A stretch of 64,000 nt of DNA, taken from positions 224,001-288,000 of the forward strand of contig CAVPJU010000006.1 of the NCBI GenBank assembly GCA_963705505.1, given 5' to 3'. A program made the translations under genes and the position numbers. Origin of the DNA: an uncultured bacterium (GTDB lineage Bacteria > Desulfobacterota_D > UBA1144 > Nemesobacterales > UBA2774). A model generated the notes under the pieces. It was not told where the DNA came from. It was given only the letters and a program-made list of their open reading frames with translations, and searched no databases. Positions 1 to 11,169 of this stretch are shown here, in pieces. Position 1 is the first letter of the stretch; each line of letters begins with the position of its first letter.

Positions 1-2
1 GT

Positions 3-653
3 GTCAATGGTGTCCCCATCTATCAAGATGAGCTCAAAGGAAATTCTCTAAATTCTCTTATCACGGATGAAATCCTGTATCAAGAAGGTCTTAGACGTGG
101 TCTTGATAAAAAATACGAAGAAAAAGTTATGTCGTATCAGATGTCATTGGTTGTTAATGATATGAAAAGAAACATTTCTACGGAGTTGCCGCCTACAAAA
201 GGAGTATCCGAAGAGGAAATAGAAAGTTACTATAAAGAGACAATACTAAAATATTCAAATGCAAGGTTACAAGGATTATGTTTCAGTGACAAAGATCTAA
301 AAGACGAAATCTATAAGACGGCTGCAGAAGGAACGGATTTTCAGGATATAGCTAATAAATATTTGGATTCTAAAGCAAAGGTTGTTGTTGAAGATATAGG
401 ATACGACAGAGAATTAAACAAGCGTTTCAAGAAAATAGAGGTCGGAGCGATGACGGATGCGATTGAGAAAAAAGACGGAACGTACTGCATTATAAAAATA
501 GTAAGTATCCAACAAATGCCTATTCAATCTAGTAAGAAAGCGATCAAAAATATCTTACAGGCTCAGAGAAATTCTAATGAGTTAAATAATTATGCCAGAA
601 AACTTGCAAAAGAAAAAAACATGGATATTGTGCTTCTAAATACGCCTAACTAG
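3..653 (+). CDS. PpiC/PrsA-like peptidyl-prolyl isomerase (foldase), 5'-truncated by window edge
   Basis: Frame is open from base 3 (VNGVPIYQDEL...ILYQEGLRRGLDKKYEEK) into ORF 129..653. It has rotamase-like segments (GTDFQDIANKY, G...IIKI) and resembles the PPIase at 21290. Confidence 0.7.
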   Translation, partial: VNGVPIYQDELKGNSLNSLITDEILYQEGLRRGLDKKYEEKVMSYQMSLVVNDMKRNISTELPPTKGVSEEEIESYYKETILKYSNARLQGLCFSDKDLKDEIYKTAAEGTDFQDIANKYLDSKAKVVVEDIGYDRELNKRFKKIEVGAMTDAIEKKDGTYCIIKIVSIQQMPIQSSKKAIKNILQAQRNSNELNNYARKLAKEKNMDIVLLNTPN

Positions 654-668
654 GATTATATAGAAAAA

Positions 669-1193
669 ATGAAAAATACGCGTAGGCAATTTATAAAATC
701 TATAGGCATTGGGATAATCGGAAGTGGAGTGATTTTGGGTACACCCACATTACCTTTAGCTGACGACAGCCCTCCCGACGACGGATTTGAGGTACAGAAA
801 GGTTTCAAGGTATTCAACGATGTTACACAAAAAAATATGGAAAAACTGGCGGAGGAATTAGTTCCGGGCTCTAAAAACATCGCAATTAAGAATAAAATAA
901 TGGATTATGCCTATAAAAATAAAGGAATTGCCGCTTTTCTCGATGCTGGTTTCTGGAATTTAGATGCTTTATCCAGAAAAGTATACAAAAAACCTTTCTA
1001 TACCTTGAACAATAAAGATGATATCAATCGGCTGATTAAGAATATGATCAGAAATAATGTATCTTTTTTTAAAGAATTCAGGCAACTGGTAATTAAGATG
1101 TATTATTCGGATCCCACTGTATGGAAGAAGCTATCATACAATGGTCCACCCCAGCCAAAGGGATTTTTAGATTATTCAGAACCTCCAAAATAG
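669..1193 (+). CDS. Tat-exported gluconate 2-dehydrogenase subunit 3-like protein
   Basis: Twin-arginine signal TRRQFIK plus hydrophobic stretch; C-terminal YYSDP..W..L.Y.GP motif typical of the family. Confidence 0.65.
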   Translation: MKNTRRQFIKSIGIGIIGSGVILGTPTLPLADDSPPDDGFEVQKGFKVFNDVTQKNMEKLAEELVPGSKNIAIKNKIMDYAYKNKGIAAFLDAGFWNLDALSRKVYKKPFYTLNNKDDINRLIKNMIRNNVSFFKEFRQLVIKMYYSDPTVWKKLSYNGPPQPKGFLDYSEPPK

Positions 1194-1238
1194 GCAACCA
1201 ACCATAGGAATTGGTATTTTTTAACTAGAATAAGACAG

Positions 1239-2372
1239 CTAAAGTATGTGAACGGATACAAGTTCAAGTGTTTTCTCAATTAGTTTAGCCATATCTATAG
1301 AATTTTCGATATATGACATATGCTCACTTTTAGCCTTTGTTTTTGGCTTGGAAGAATATATTGAACAGCAGTCCTTATAGGGCTCTATTGATAATTCATA
1401 AGTACCTATCTTTTTTGCATAATCGACAATCTCCTGTTTGTCGTAGGTTATGAGTGGCTGAAATATCGGCATCGAAACCGCCTGCTTTACAAGCGCCATA
1501 TTATCTATGGTCTGAGAAGCGACCTGACCCAGGCTGTCTCCGCTTACAAGAGCCATACATCCGTTCCCAACTGCTATCCTTTCAGCCAACTTAGCCATAA
1601 ACCTTCTGAATAGAACTACTTCATATCCTGCTATACCACTCAATTTAAGAATGGAAGTTTCAAATGGGTGATACGGGACAAGATGAACACGAGTTTCTCG
1701 CTGGAATTCATTTATATGTTTAAATAAATTATACATTTTCGTACTTTTCACATAACTGTTGTCGACAAATACATGAAAATGGATCAATTCGACCCGACAG
1801 CCCCTTTTCATCATTAAGTAAGAAGAGACTGGTGAATCTATTCCTCCCGATATTAAGGATAAAACACGACCACTAACATCAACTGGAAATCCCCTGAGCC
1901 CCTCCGTTTTCTTAAAATAAATATATGCCCTGTCGGACACCTCTATAAAGACACTTATATCTGGATTTCGAAGGTTTACCTTTAAACCGTAATTTTTAAT
2001 GATCACATTGCCTACCCTACCTGCAATCTCCATAGATTTATGTACAAAATCCTTATTGGCTCTGCGGACAAATACCCCGAAGTTATCTAAATCGCTGGTT
2101 ATCCTTTCTCTGACCTCTTCCAAAACCTTTCTTACAATCTGTTCGATTTCATTATCCACGACGAATGCTTCTGCGTACCAGGATATGCCCGGGACATGAT
2201 CAAGAAAGCGTGGCTCGCCCCCTTCGAGTATAAAATAACCCCTGTACCTTCTCACTCCGCCCCCTGTCACTTTTTCAATATTCTCCTTGAGCTTCAACTC
2301 AAATACACTCCTGTTTCTGCCCTTAAGTGACAATTCGCCGTAATGGATTAAAACGCATTTATCGATTTTCAT
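1239..2372 (-). CDS. thiI: tRNA 4-thiouridine(8) synthase ThiI (short form, no rhodanese domain)
   Basis: HYGELSLKGRNR N-terminus, THUMP region, SGGIDS PP-loop, GDSLGQVASQT, C-terminal DCC. Confidence 0.95.
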   Translation of the reverse strand: MKIDKCVLIHYGELSLKGRNRSVFELKLKENIEKVTGGGVRRYRGYFILEGGEPRFLDHVPGISWYAEAFVVDNEIEQIVRKVLEEVRERITSDLDNFGVFVRRANKDFVHKSMEIAGRVGNVIIKNYGLKVNLRNPDISVFIEVSDRAYIYFKKTEGLRGFPVDVSGRVLSLISGGIDSPVSSYLMMKRGCRVELIHFHVFVDNSYVKSTKMYNLFKHINEFQRETRVHLVPYHPFETSILKLSGIAGYEVVLFRRFMAKLAERIAVGNGCMALVSGDSLGQVASQTIDNMALVKQAVSMPIFQPLITYDKQEIVDYAKKIGTYELSIEPYKDCCSIYSSKPKTKAKSEHMSYIENSIDMAKLIEKTLELVSVHIL

Positions 2373-2462
2373 GCCGGTTCAATGTTTTTAGACTTTAAAC
2401 AGTATATGAACGGACGAATAAGTAAATAAATATTGCTGGTCAACTTTATCATGAATAAAAAT

Positions 2463-2498
2463 AAAAAAACCGGGAGAGCTAATTCTTAACTCCCCCGG
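2463..2498 (-). terminator. Rho-independent terminator of the surface-protein operon
   Basis: Minus strand CCGGGGGAG-loop-CTCTCCCGG followed by T7. A second hairpin (GGAGGC..GCCTCC, 2520-2544) precedes it. Confidence 0.8.
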
Positions 2499-2561
2499 CT
2501 AATAAACTTTATTATTAAAGGAGGCAGATTTAAATCCCGCCTCCCCACACAGTTTTAACTC

Positions 2562-4708
2562 TTATTTCTTTCTTCTTCTAGCAGCTCTCACTCCGAAAGC
2601 AAACGCTACAGGTACCAGAGGTATAAGTACGTTAGCAAATGCCGTTCCGAGCTGTACCGGGTTACCGGCGATCGCACAACCGCCGCCGCCGCCATGTTTG
2701 CTAGGTTTAATAGTCGGTCCGATCGTCGGAGACGGTCCGATCGTCGGAGACGGTCCGATCGTCGGAGACGTGCTCGCCGGAGTGAAGTCGTCACTGTTTG
2801 GCACATCTGCATCAATACCCAGTCTTGAGAAGCATATATTCTGGTTACCACAGCTCTGGGGATGTTCATCTAAATCCCATACAGTAGAAGCTACATTAAC
2901 GAATGCTGCCAGCGGGGTGTACGATGGACTGTACACATCTCTGAAGTTGATGTTCACTACATCAGCTCCAGAATTGTCACCTGGTAGCGTATTAAACTGG
3001 CCCGCAAAGAATTCAGGCGTATAATCGAGGAGAAATGAATTCACACCGTTAAGTACACTATACGGTGGTATGAAAACGTCGTCGATAATCCCTCTTTGAT
3101 CACAGATAATCATCGAACGCTAGTAGCCTGAAGTTATCAACCAACGCACCATTTGCGGGATGAACATCATCGGGATCAGTACCACGGTTGGAGTACTACA
3201 TTCAGGAGTGGCTATCTGACCCGTAAAGACAACAACTTGTTGATCCTCACAGAATTCGCGAAAAGACTATCATGTATCAAGGATCCCTTACCACCCACAA
3301 TTTCAACCGGACCGATAGCATAAGTATCACCATCAGTACGAATCTTATCGCATGTGCTTACCACCCGGGAAATCTTGTGAATATACAAAGCCTGTACCAG
3401 TGGCATTGTAACAATTGCAATCGACGAATTCATTGGGAAAGGCATCCAGATCAACAACACAAACAGCCGTGTAATTCTGCGCAACCAAACTCATCATCTG
3501 GATTGAGTACTTGTATATCATATTCTACCTGATTATTACCAAATGACCTGATCTGTAGTGAACGAATTCGACGCAAGAACTGTTACATTCGTCTCTGTTC
3601 CTAGATTAATAACTTGTGTCAGCCCCCCCAGGATTTGCATAGGGCAAGCTGTTGCCCATTATCAGTATTAGAACCATCCGGGAATCTGAACGGACCACTT
3701 GTCGCAACACTCGGGTCTGATGCAACGAATGCCTGGAAAAGATCGGAATCAGGATCTTGACAGTCAGGATTTAAAATATCATCACATGGTGGAGGAGCAA
3801 CCGCGGTCTGAAATTCCATTTTTATCTATAAACCCAAATAGAAATGAACTCCGTTGGTGATAACGTTAAATGGAGAAGTAAAGTGACCACCATGGAATCA
3901 ATTCGATCGAAATAAATCCGCCCTGAAAACTTCCGTTTATCAATCAAGTTCTCAACTACCGGAAGACAAACACCAAACCTAGCAAACGTATTCATATCCA
4001 TAATCGAACACTTCTTTGCGCATCATTGATATAAGCTGTACCCGCAAGGAAGTTATAGTCAATAGCCTGTTTGTCTTCGCAATTGTTTACAACAGTAAAG
4101 GTTACGAAACCCTCATGTCCCTGAAGAACAGAATCATCCGGTGTATCCCCAACGTTTGTAACCAAGTCGCCAAAGTTATAAACGTGTGTATCACCCGAGC
4201 TGTATTCGTCGCAGAAGTCTCTGATTTCATTGCAATTTTCATCCAAAATGACAACATGAACGTCTATAAAATCGAAATCTTCTGCATTCGTCAGCTGAAG
4301 GAATGTATTTCTACCATCTTTTTGAGTCCACCACGAAACGAGTTGAGCTCCCGTTACGTTGCTGGGATGTGTAAACTCAAAGAAATCAAAACTCCTGAAT
4401 ATATTACTTATTAAATCACCCTGCTGATCTATCACTATCTGGTCTAACGCATTTGGAGAGAATCCATGTTGCCAGTCCATACCTCCGATGTTTTCACCGT
4501 TATGAGCTTCAACAGTGCCAATCAACGAGCCAGAAAAATTCGGAGCTGGGTCCAAAGGCGTAACAACCTGTTGCAACCAACCGCTATCAACCTCTACCCC
4601 AGGACACCATAGAGGGCCCTCTTGCCCCTGTGCTTTGTTTTGGAAACCAAAACCCAATAGGACAAGCAATATTACCGCAACAAGGGAATACTTAAACTTG
4701 CTTATCAT
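2562..4708 (-). CDS. Secreted/surface protein (~710 aa, several frameshifts) with Pro/Thr linker and Cys-containing C-terminal sorting signal (MYXO-CTERM/JDVT-CTERM-like)
   Basis: SD AAGGAGG before ATG 4708; signal peptide MISKFKYSLVAVILLVLLGFG..AQG. ORF fragments 3992-4792, 3619-3819, 3212-3484 and 2562-3113 join by frame hopping. Ends (SPTIGP)x3-KHGGGGGCAIAG-hydrophobic helix-RAARRRKK. Confidence 0.75.
2715..2768. repeat. Perfect 18-bp tandem repeat x3 (CGGTCCGATCGTCGGAGA) encoding SPTIGP linker
   Basis: Read directly at 2715, 2733 and 2751. Confidence 0.95.
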
Positions 4709-4832
4709 TTGTTTATCCTCCTTTTTAAAATTTATCAACTTAACTGATGTCATTATCTTTATCCTTAGACTCGTTATTCTATTTTCTGCCATATCTATTT
4801 CATTATACGCTCGTGGAGTTAACTCCCTGGAT

Positions 4833-6024
4833 TTACTTTACTGATTCTAACAACGCACAGTTTGAGTTGTTAGTATTAAATAAGCAATACGAATAATCGT
4901 ATATCAGCTCACTAACTGAAATCCAGGAATCCATCGTGCCTGTGCCATCACCGTTGTTTAGACCCAAAAATCCCGCAAAATATGTGGGGAACTCACATTG
5001 ACCATCAGCTGGATCTCCTGAGACAGCTACGTCAAAACAGAAATTCCCATCAAACCCTAACAACAACCATCCGGAATCAGTTGTCCCCACAACCGAATCA
5101 CCATCTAGTTTTGATGTAGCGCATATTTCGTCAGCTCCCCGGCTGTTAGGCACCGAATGGTCAATACCTTTATTTAACTCTGTCGGTTTTGTGTTATCAC
5201 AAGTGAAAAACGTTGGACTGCACGAATTAAAATTCTCATCATCGTCGAAAATTAAATTCTGATCAAAAGCATCTATTCCACCGAATTGAGTTCCTACAAA
5301 TGGCGACGCGTATGTATTACCATCTGGCAAAGCTACATAGGTGATACCAACCACGTCTGATAGGTTGTTGTCAGTCACAGCATTAAAGTTCAAAACGTTC
5401 CAGAGTTCATTTTCAATAAAACTACCCTGACCAACCCCAATTCGCAAGCCATTAAAAAGGGATTCTGTATTTGCAGCATTTGTTCTGTATTCATAACCAG
5501 CTTTATCGATTATTCTGAACATACCGATCAATGGCCCAGCGAAATCATTCGAAGATACAAGCCTTGTTTGCGCCCCTCCGGTAGCCAAAGGAACATCATG
5601 ATTACACTCAGGATTTGTAGGCATAAACTGGATAATTATCAGATGTGATTGTAATCAATCCAAAGCCGTCCGCCGCTAGAGAACAACCTGGAAGATCTTT
5701 TGCGTCGTACACGTTTGAATCGCCAGGAGTCAATTTTGCATCGAAATCACATTCATCGCACGAATCATTTGCATTAAATATCTGCACGTGAATGAAATGC
5801 GTATCTTCAGACACATTGGTAACCTGAAAAATTGTATCTCTGTCCCGGATGTCCCAATAATATACCAACCTATAAGCACCCGTATCCGTTTGATCTACTG
5901 GTTCAAAAAAATTGAAACGAGTCAAAAGTGGACTAACGCCCGCCCCAGCATTTCTCATCGGAATTAATAATATCAACGCAAGTACAAATAAATACTTAAT
6001 CTTGCAAAAACTATCCTGTAGCAT
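4833..6024 (-). CDS. Secreted Cys-containing protein, paralogue of 2562..4708 (one frameshift near 5610)
   Basis: SD AAGGAGG; signal peptide. Shares W..xD.R.T..Q.TN...HV.I...C.E.DF...GD..VY..DL and FN...DVV.I...D.DE..SC...GID..PNS motifs with the downstream gene. Confidence 0.75.
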
Positions 6025-6194
6025 TGAACCTTTCCTCCTTGTTTTGGTGTTGAATATTGAATTTGTCTAATCATAAAGCATCCTCCTCACTCTTGAATTT
6101 CACATCAATGCACACTGTTCTCTGGATTTGCTTATTCAGGCTGCCTCCATCTCCATCAGCAAACAAATACCCGAGCAATTCACAACTGCAGTGA

Positions 6195-6223
6195 ATTACA
6201 ACACATTATGATTGTGTTGTCAA
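6195..6223 (-). promoter_or_regulatory. Sigma70-like promoter P1 of surface-protein operon with dyad ACAACACA-N7-TGTGTTGT
   Basis: TTGACA-N17-TGTAAT (or N19-TAATTC) on minus strand; perfect 8-bp inverted repeat 6198-6220. Confidence 0.6.
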
Positions 6224-6299
6224 GACCTTTTCTCCAACTTAATTTCTGAACTACTTGCAGAAGTAACATTACTCCATTTCCTCCCTTAAAAACAAATAA

Positions 6300-6328
6300 A
6301 TTACATCACAAATTATACGTCTTGTCAA
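6300..6328 (-). promoter_or_regulatory. Sigma70-like promoter P2, near copy of P1
   Basis: TTGACA-N17-TGTAAT (or N19-TAATTT), with the same GTCTTGACAA..TGTG.TGTAATT context as P1. Confidence 0.55.
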
Positions 6329-7256
6329 GACATTTTGACCGTACAAAGGAACGATATAATGCAATAGTATAAACAATCTGGTATTCAGAGCCCCGGAGAA
6401 AATATTTCAAGACGGATAACATAATATTTAAATTGGAACCCAAGCCATGGAAATCTAGCGGCTTCGCCCCCGGCCGGGTCAAATCCAGTCTAAAGGGCTC
6501 CGATCTTTTAACTAAACCCTCTTTCAACGATTGAGATTCATAAAATTGTGAGATTGCAGCTGATTAGCCTCGCATAACACTTATACCGGGGGGGTCTTAT
6601 AGCTCAAGGTCCCAGTTTCCTCTAAAAAAACCGTTTCCGGACAGATCCTCTTAAAAACTCCGCTATCGAAGCCGATATAACTCTGAGGAGGATCACTTCC
6701 CCAGTAAGCGTCAAAACCTACGCAACAATACCAGACTGGGTTTTTCAGACAAGGGTCTACAGTCCGGTAAAGCAAACTATATCACAAGCAGGAAGCATAA
6801 TAAAATCGCGCCTCCCACATCATCCCCTCCTGAGTTGCCCCAAGATATAATTGATGCTGAGCCGCTCGAGACTTTTACAGCCGAGTCCCTGCCATAACCC
6901 GGGGTCGCCATATTGATTTATTATCCGGCATTATTCAGCCCACCTTAACAAATAACAGCTCATAAGGGGAAAGGAACATCTCCATTAATATATATCAAAT
7001 CCTCTATATATTACATATATAAGAGGAGGCAAAGGCCAGAATTCAGATACCAGAATTAAGTAAATGAACATTTCTCAGAAAATCTGTTAGAATTATATAT
7101 TTATTGTCATGAACAGCCAGTCAATTATTTCGAATGCCGACCAGATCTTCGCTTTGGCTTTAAGACCGGGAACGTGCAGATGAGGTCAATTTGATTGCCG
7201 GTCTTCATGATGTGATAATATCAAAAAACCAACTAAGGGATTAAGGAGAAAGAATT

Positions 7257-10229
7257 TTGAATAAACTTCCGGAAAGGGCTAAAAAACTCTTCATACTAAC
7301 AGCCGTCCTCGCCTCCCTCACATACATACTCCTTTTCACGCCGGGCATTGTCGGTTTCGAGCAGAGGGCCGAAGCAGACAACCTGAATATAACAGACGCA
7401 GTCATGCAGTACGTTAAGCGCTACTACGTCGACAAATCGGTCATCGACCCGAAAAACATGCTTATTCTGGGGCTCGGGAGAATGGAACAGATCGTGGACC
7501 AGGTCATGGTGAATTTCCCCAACGGTGAGAACAGCACCGAATTTGAGGTTCAGGCCGTGGGCGATAAAGCCGAATTCAATCTGAGTGGCGTGCAGGACCT
7601 CGATGACGTTACGGACCGATTGGAACAGGTATTCCAGTTCATCTCGCCCCATTTAACCTCAAGCGACCCCAAGATAAACGATATCGAATACGCAGTCCTC
7701 GATCAGATGCTTAACTCGCTCGACCCCCATTCGGGAATAATAACCCCCCAGGTATACAAGGAGTTTATGATTGAGACCGAGGGCAGCTTCGGCGGACTCG
7801 GGATAGTGATCGGCGTAAGGGACGGGAACCTAACAGTGATATCCCCCATCGAAGGCACTCCCGCTTACAGGGCAGGAATAAAACCAAACGACAAAATAGT
7901 ACAGATCGCGAGCGAATCCACGATAAATATGTCCCTCATCGAGGCCGTAAGCAAACTGAGGGGGCCGAAGGGAACCGAAGTATCCATACACGTGATGAGA
8001 GAAGGCTTCTCCGAGCCCAGGGAATTCAAAATGGTTCGGGATACGATAGTGATAGAGAGCGTCGAGACTTTCGAGCTCGAGGACGGAATCCAGTACGTAA
8101 GAATCAGAGACTTTCAGAAAAACACGCTCGACAGCATACTTCAAAACCTCGACAAGAACGGTCCCTCAAACCCGAAGGGCATCATACTCGACCTGAGAGG
8201 AAACCCCGGCGGACTGCTGGATCAGGCGGAAAGGATCTCGGACCTGTTCCTCACGAACGGAGTGATAGTCACGACAAAAATCGGGAATTCAGCTAAACGG
8301 TATCACGCAAACGACAAGGACCAGCAATTCAGCGGCAATATCGTCGTCCTCGTCGATTCCGGAAGCGCGAGCGCTTCCGAGATCGTAGCGGGCGCTTTGA
8401 AAAACAACGAGAGGGCAATCATAATAGGGGAGAGGACATTCGGCAAGGGGACGGTTCAGCAGATATTCGACCTGAATGACGGCTCCGCGCTCAAGCTTAC
8501 AATCGCGCAGTACCTCACTCCCGGCGATATTTCCATACAGGATGTCGGTGTGACTCCCGACATCATGCTCCATCCAAGTATAATCACCGACGATACAATA
8601 GTGTTCCATCCGCATTCCGATAACCAGCTCGTCGAAAAGCCGTGGAAGAAGAAGGAAGCGAAAAATCAAAATCGGTGTCCTCGAAATGCCGGAATATTCG
8701 ATCACTTACCTCGATAATAACGCTGTCGTGAAGAACAACGGCAGCGACGAAGATGATCACTGCCCCCGAAGAAACTCTTAGCCGTGAGGAAAAGAGGAAA
8801 AAGCTCGATGAAGACTTTTACGTAACGCTGGCCCGGCAAATCATAGACTCATCGACAGTTCCCTCGAGGAAAGAATCGCTCGGGGAAATCCAGGGAGGAA
8901 TCGCCAAAATATCCAAGAGCGAAGAAGACAAGATAGTCGACAAATGGAAGCTCATGGGAGTCGACTGGTCGAATGAGAAGACAAAGCCCGAAAAGCCTTC
9001 GCTCTCGGTCAGTGTAACGCCGGAAAATCCCTAAGGCGAATGCCGGCAGCAAGATCGATATCAACGTGGAGGTGGACAACAAGGGCCGTGCACCTCTATA
9101 CAGACTCATGGCGACCACAAAATCGGAAAACCCGGTCTTCGACGGCAAAGAGCTTATTTTCGGCAAGGTAAATCCCGGTGACAAGAGGTCCTGGAAAACG
9201 ACTTTCGAAATACCGAAATGGAGCCTTACCAGGGAGGACACAGTCACTCTGAAATTCGAAGACGGAAACGATTCGCAAATACCCGATTACAATTTCACCG
9301 CCGATACATTCGGCCTCGAGAGACCCCTCTATTCGTTCAATTACGAGATAGTGGACGACGGCAGGTACGGATCGAGCGGCAATGGAGACGGAATAGCGGA
9401 ACCCGGGGAAGTCATAGTATTCCACGCGAAGGTGAAAAATATAGGCCGGGGGGAATCGGAAAAAACGATCCTTACGCTTAAAAACAACTCGGGGGATAAA
9501 ATCTACCTCGAAAAGGGAAGGGCGGAGTTTAAAAACCTCGCGCCGGGCGAGACCAGAGAGGCCGCTTTCACCTTCGACGTGAAAAATACCGATACCCCGC
9601 TCGATCTGGAGCTCCAGATAGTTGACGACGTCTTCAAGGAAGGTCTAATCGGGAAATCGGTCGTCCCGGGAAATACAGACGGCTCGGTCTTCGTAAAAAA
9701 AGAATCCAAAGTGACGGTGCCTGATGCCGGCACGCCCATCAGGGGTGGAGGCTATAAAGAAGCCCCCATAATAGCCTTGTCGGAAAAAGGCGCTACATTC
9801 AGCGGCCTCGGACAAAACGGCAATTGGGTAAAGATAAAACTCAATGAAAATTCAGCAGGCTGGATAAACAAAAACAAAGTAATCATTTCCGAACCCTCAG
9901 TACCGGCCCAGCCGTCCGGCGGTCCCGCGTTCAAGGAAACCTTCGAGGCTCCTCCCGTCATCAGCGTCAAGGGAATGCCGGTCTCGACAACATCCAAGAC
10001 GATTACTCTCAACGGAGACGTTAACGACAAGGACGGCATCGAGCTCGTATCCGTTTTCATCGGAGATGACAAGGTCGCGCTTCTGCCGTCGACAAAGACA
10101 GATGTGCCAATGTCTCTGAAACTGAAACTGGACAACGAAGTGAACCTCATTACGATCGTAGCCAAGGATTCGAAGGGACTCCTCTCCAAACAATCCTTCG
10201 TGGTAAGAAAAGAGGACCAACAAGGGTAG
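7257..10229 (+). CDS. Long carboxyl-terminal processing protease (PDZ + S41 + Ig-like + SH3-like; MXAN_5808/prc_long_Delta-like), frameshifted near 8650 and 9030
   Basis: LDPHS, GLGI PDZ, ILDLRGNPGGLL, SASASEI (catalytic Ser), TFGKG (Lys). ORFs 7257-8717, 8753-9034 and 9066-10229 are contiguous; SH3-like NGNWVKIKL..GWI. Confidence 0.85.
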
Positions 10230-10234
10230 CGGGC

Positions 10235-11167
10235 TTGATTGGAAAATTCGTCCTCAGTCGCACACTAACCGGAATCTTCGTTATATTCGCAGTCGTGACG
10301 ATAACTTTTTTTCTTCTGAGGACTCTCCCGGGGGGACCGTTCGATACCGAGAAAAAACTCCCCCCGCAGATCAAGAAAAATATAGAGGCCAAGTACAAGC
10401 TCGACGAGCCCGTCTGGAAACAATATATCTTCTACTTGAAAAACCTCGCGTACGGCGATTTCGGACCTTCTTATAAGTATATAGACAGGTCCGTGAATGA
10501 AATAATCGCAGAGACGCTCCCCGTATCCGTCGAACTCGGGCTCATCAGCTTAATAATCTCCATAATCCTGGGGACAGCGATAGGAATCGTATCGGCGACA
10601 AAGCCGGGGGGAGCGTTTGATTTCATGTCCGTGGCGATCGCGACCGCCCTCGTTTCGGTGCCGAGCTTCGTAACCGGGGCGGTCCTGATTTACGTCTTCT
10701 CCGTCAAGCTGAGGCTGCTTCCGGCAGCGCTCTGGGGAGGTCCCGCAAATGTAGTCCTTCCGGCGCTCACCCTCGCGGCGGCGCCTGCGGCCTACCTTGC
10801 GCGGCTCATACGGGCGAGCATGCTCGATACTTCAAAAGCGCTATTTATCAGAACAGCGCGGGCGAAGGGGCTCAGCAATTTCACGGTGATTACCAAGCAC
10901 ATTCTCAGAAACGCTCTGATACCGGTCGTCACGGTGCTGGGCCCGATAACCGCATTTCTGGTAACGGGCTCTTTCGTCGTTGAACATATTTTTGCTATAC
11001 CGGGAACCGGCAGGTTCTTCGTAATGGCCGTCTCGAACAGGGACTACCCGCTTGTCATGGGAATAACGATCGTGTATACGATAATCCTCGTCCTTGCAAA
11101 CCTTATCGTCGATATCCTGTACGTAGTTTTGGACCCGCGTATCAAGTTCGATAAGGGCGGCATCTAG
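10235..11167 (+). CDS. oppB: Oligopeptide ABC transporter permease (OppB/DppB family)
   Basis: LPGGPF, LDEPVWKQY, DFGPS, TARAKGL..HILRNAL (EAA loop), NRDYP, LDPRI. Confidence 0.9.
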   Translation: MIGKFVLSRTLTGIFVIFAVVTITFFLLRTLPGGPFDTEKKLPPQIKKNIEAKYKLDEPVWKQYIFYLKNLAYGDFGPSYKYIDRSVNEIIAETLPVSVELGLISLIISIILGTAIGIVSATKPGGAFDFMSVAIATALVSVPSFVTGAVLIYVFSVKLRLLPAALWGGPANVVLPALTLAAAPAAYLARLIRASMLDTSKALFIRTARAKGLSNFTVITKHILRNALIPVVTVLGPITAFLVTGSFVVEHIFAIPGTGRFFVMAVSNRDYPLVMGITIVYTIILVLANLIVDILYVVLDPRIKFDKGGI

Positions 11168-11169
11168 AT

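Noticed and set aside
2715..2768. Direct repeats as a possible CRISPR array
   Set aside because: Head-to-tail 18-bp units with no spacers, in frame within a protein linker; no cas genes seen.
6530..6990. Possible gene or RNA (ORF 6581..6775, SD-like AGGAGG near 6826-6831, hydrophobic minus-strand fragments)
   Set aside because: All frames are interrupted and match no protein family or RNA (tmRNA, RNase P, SRP) I recognise. It may be a decayed small gene but cannot be supported.
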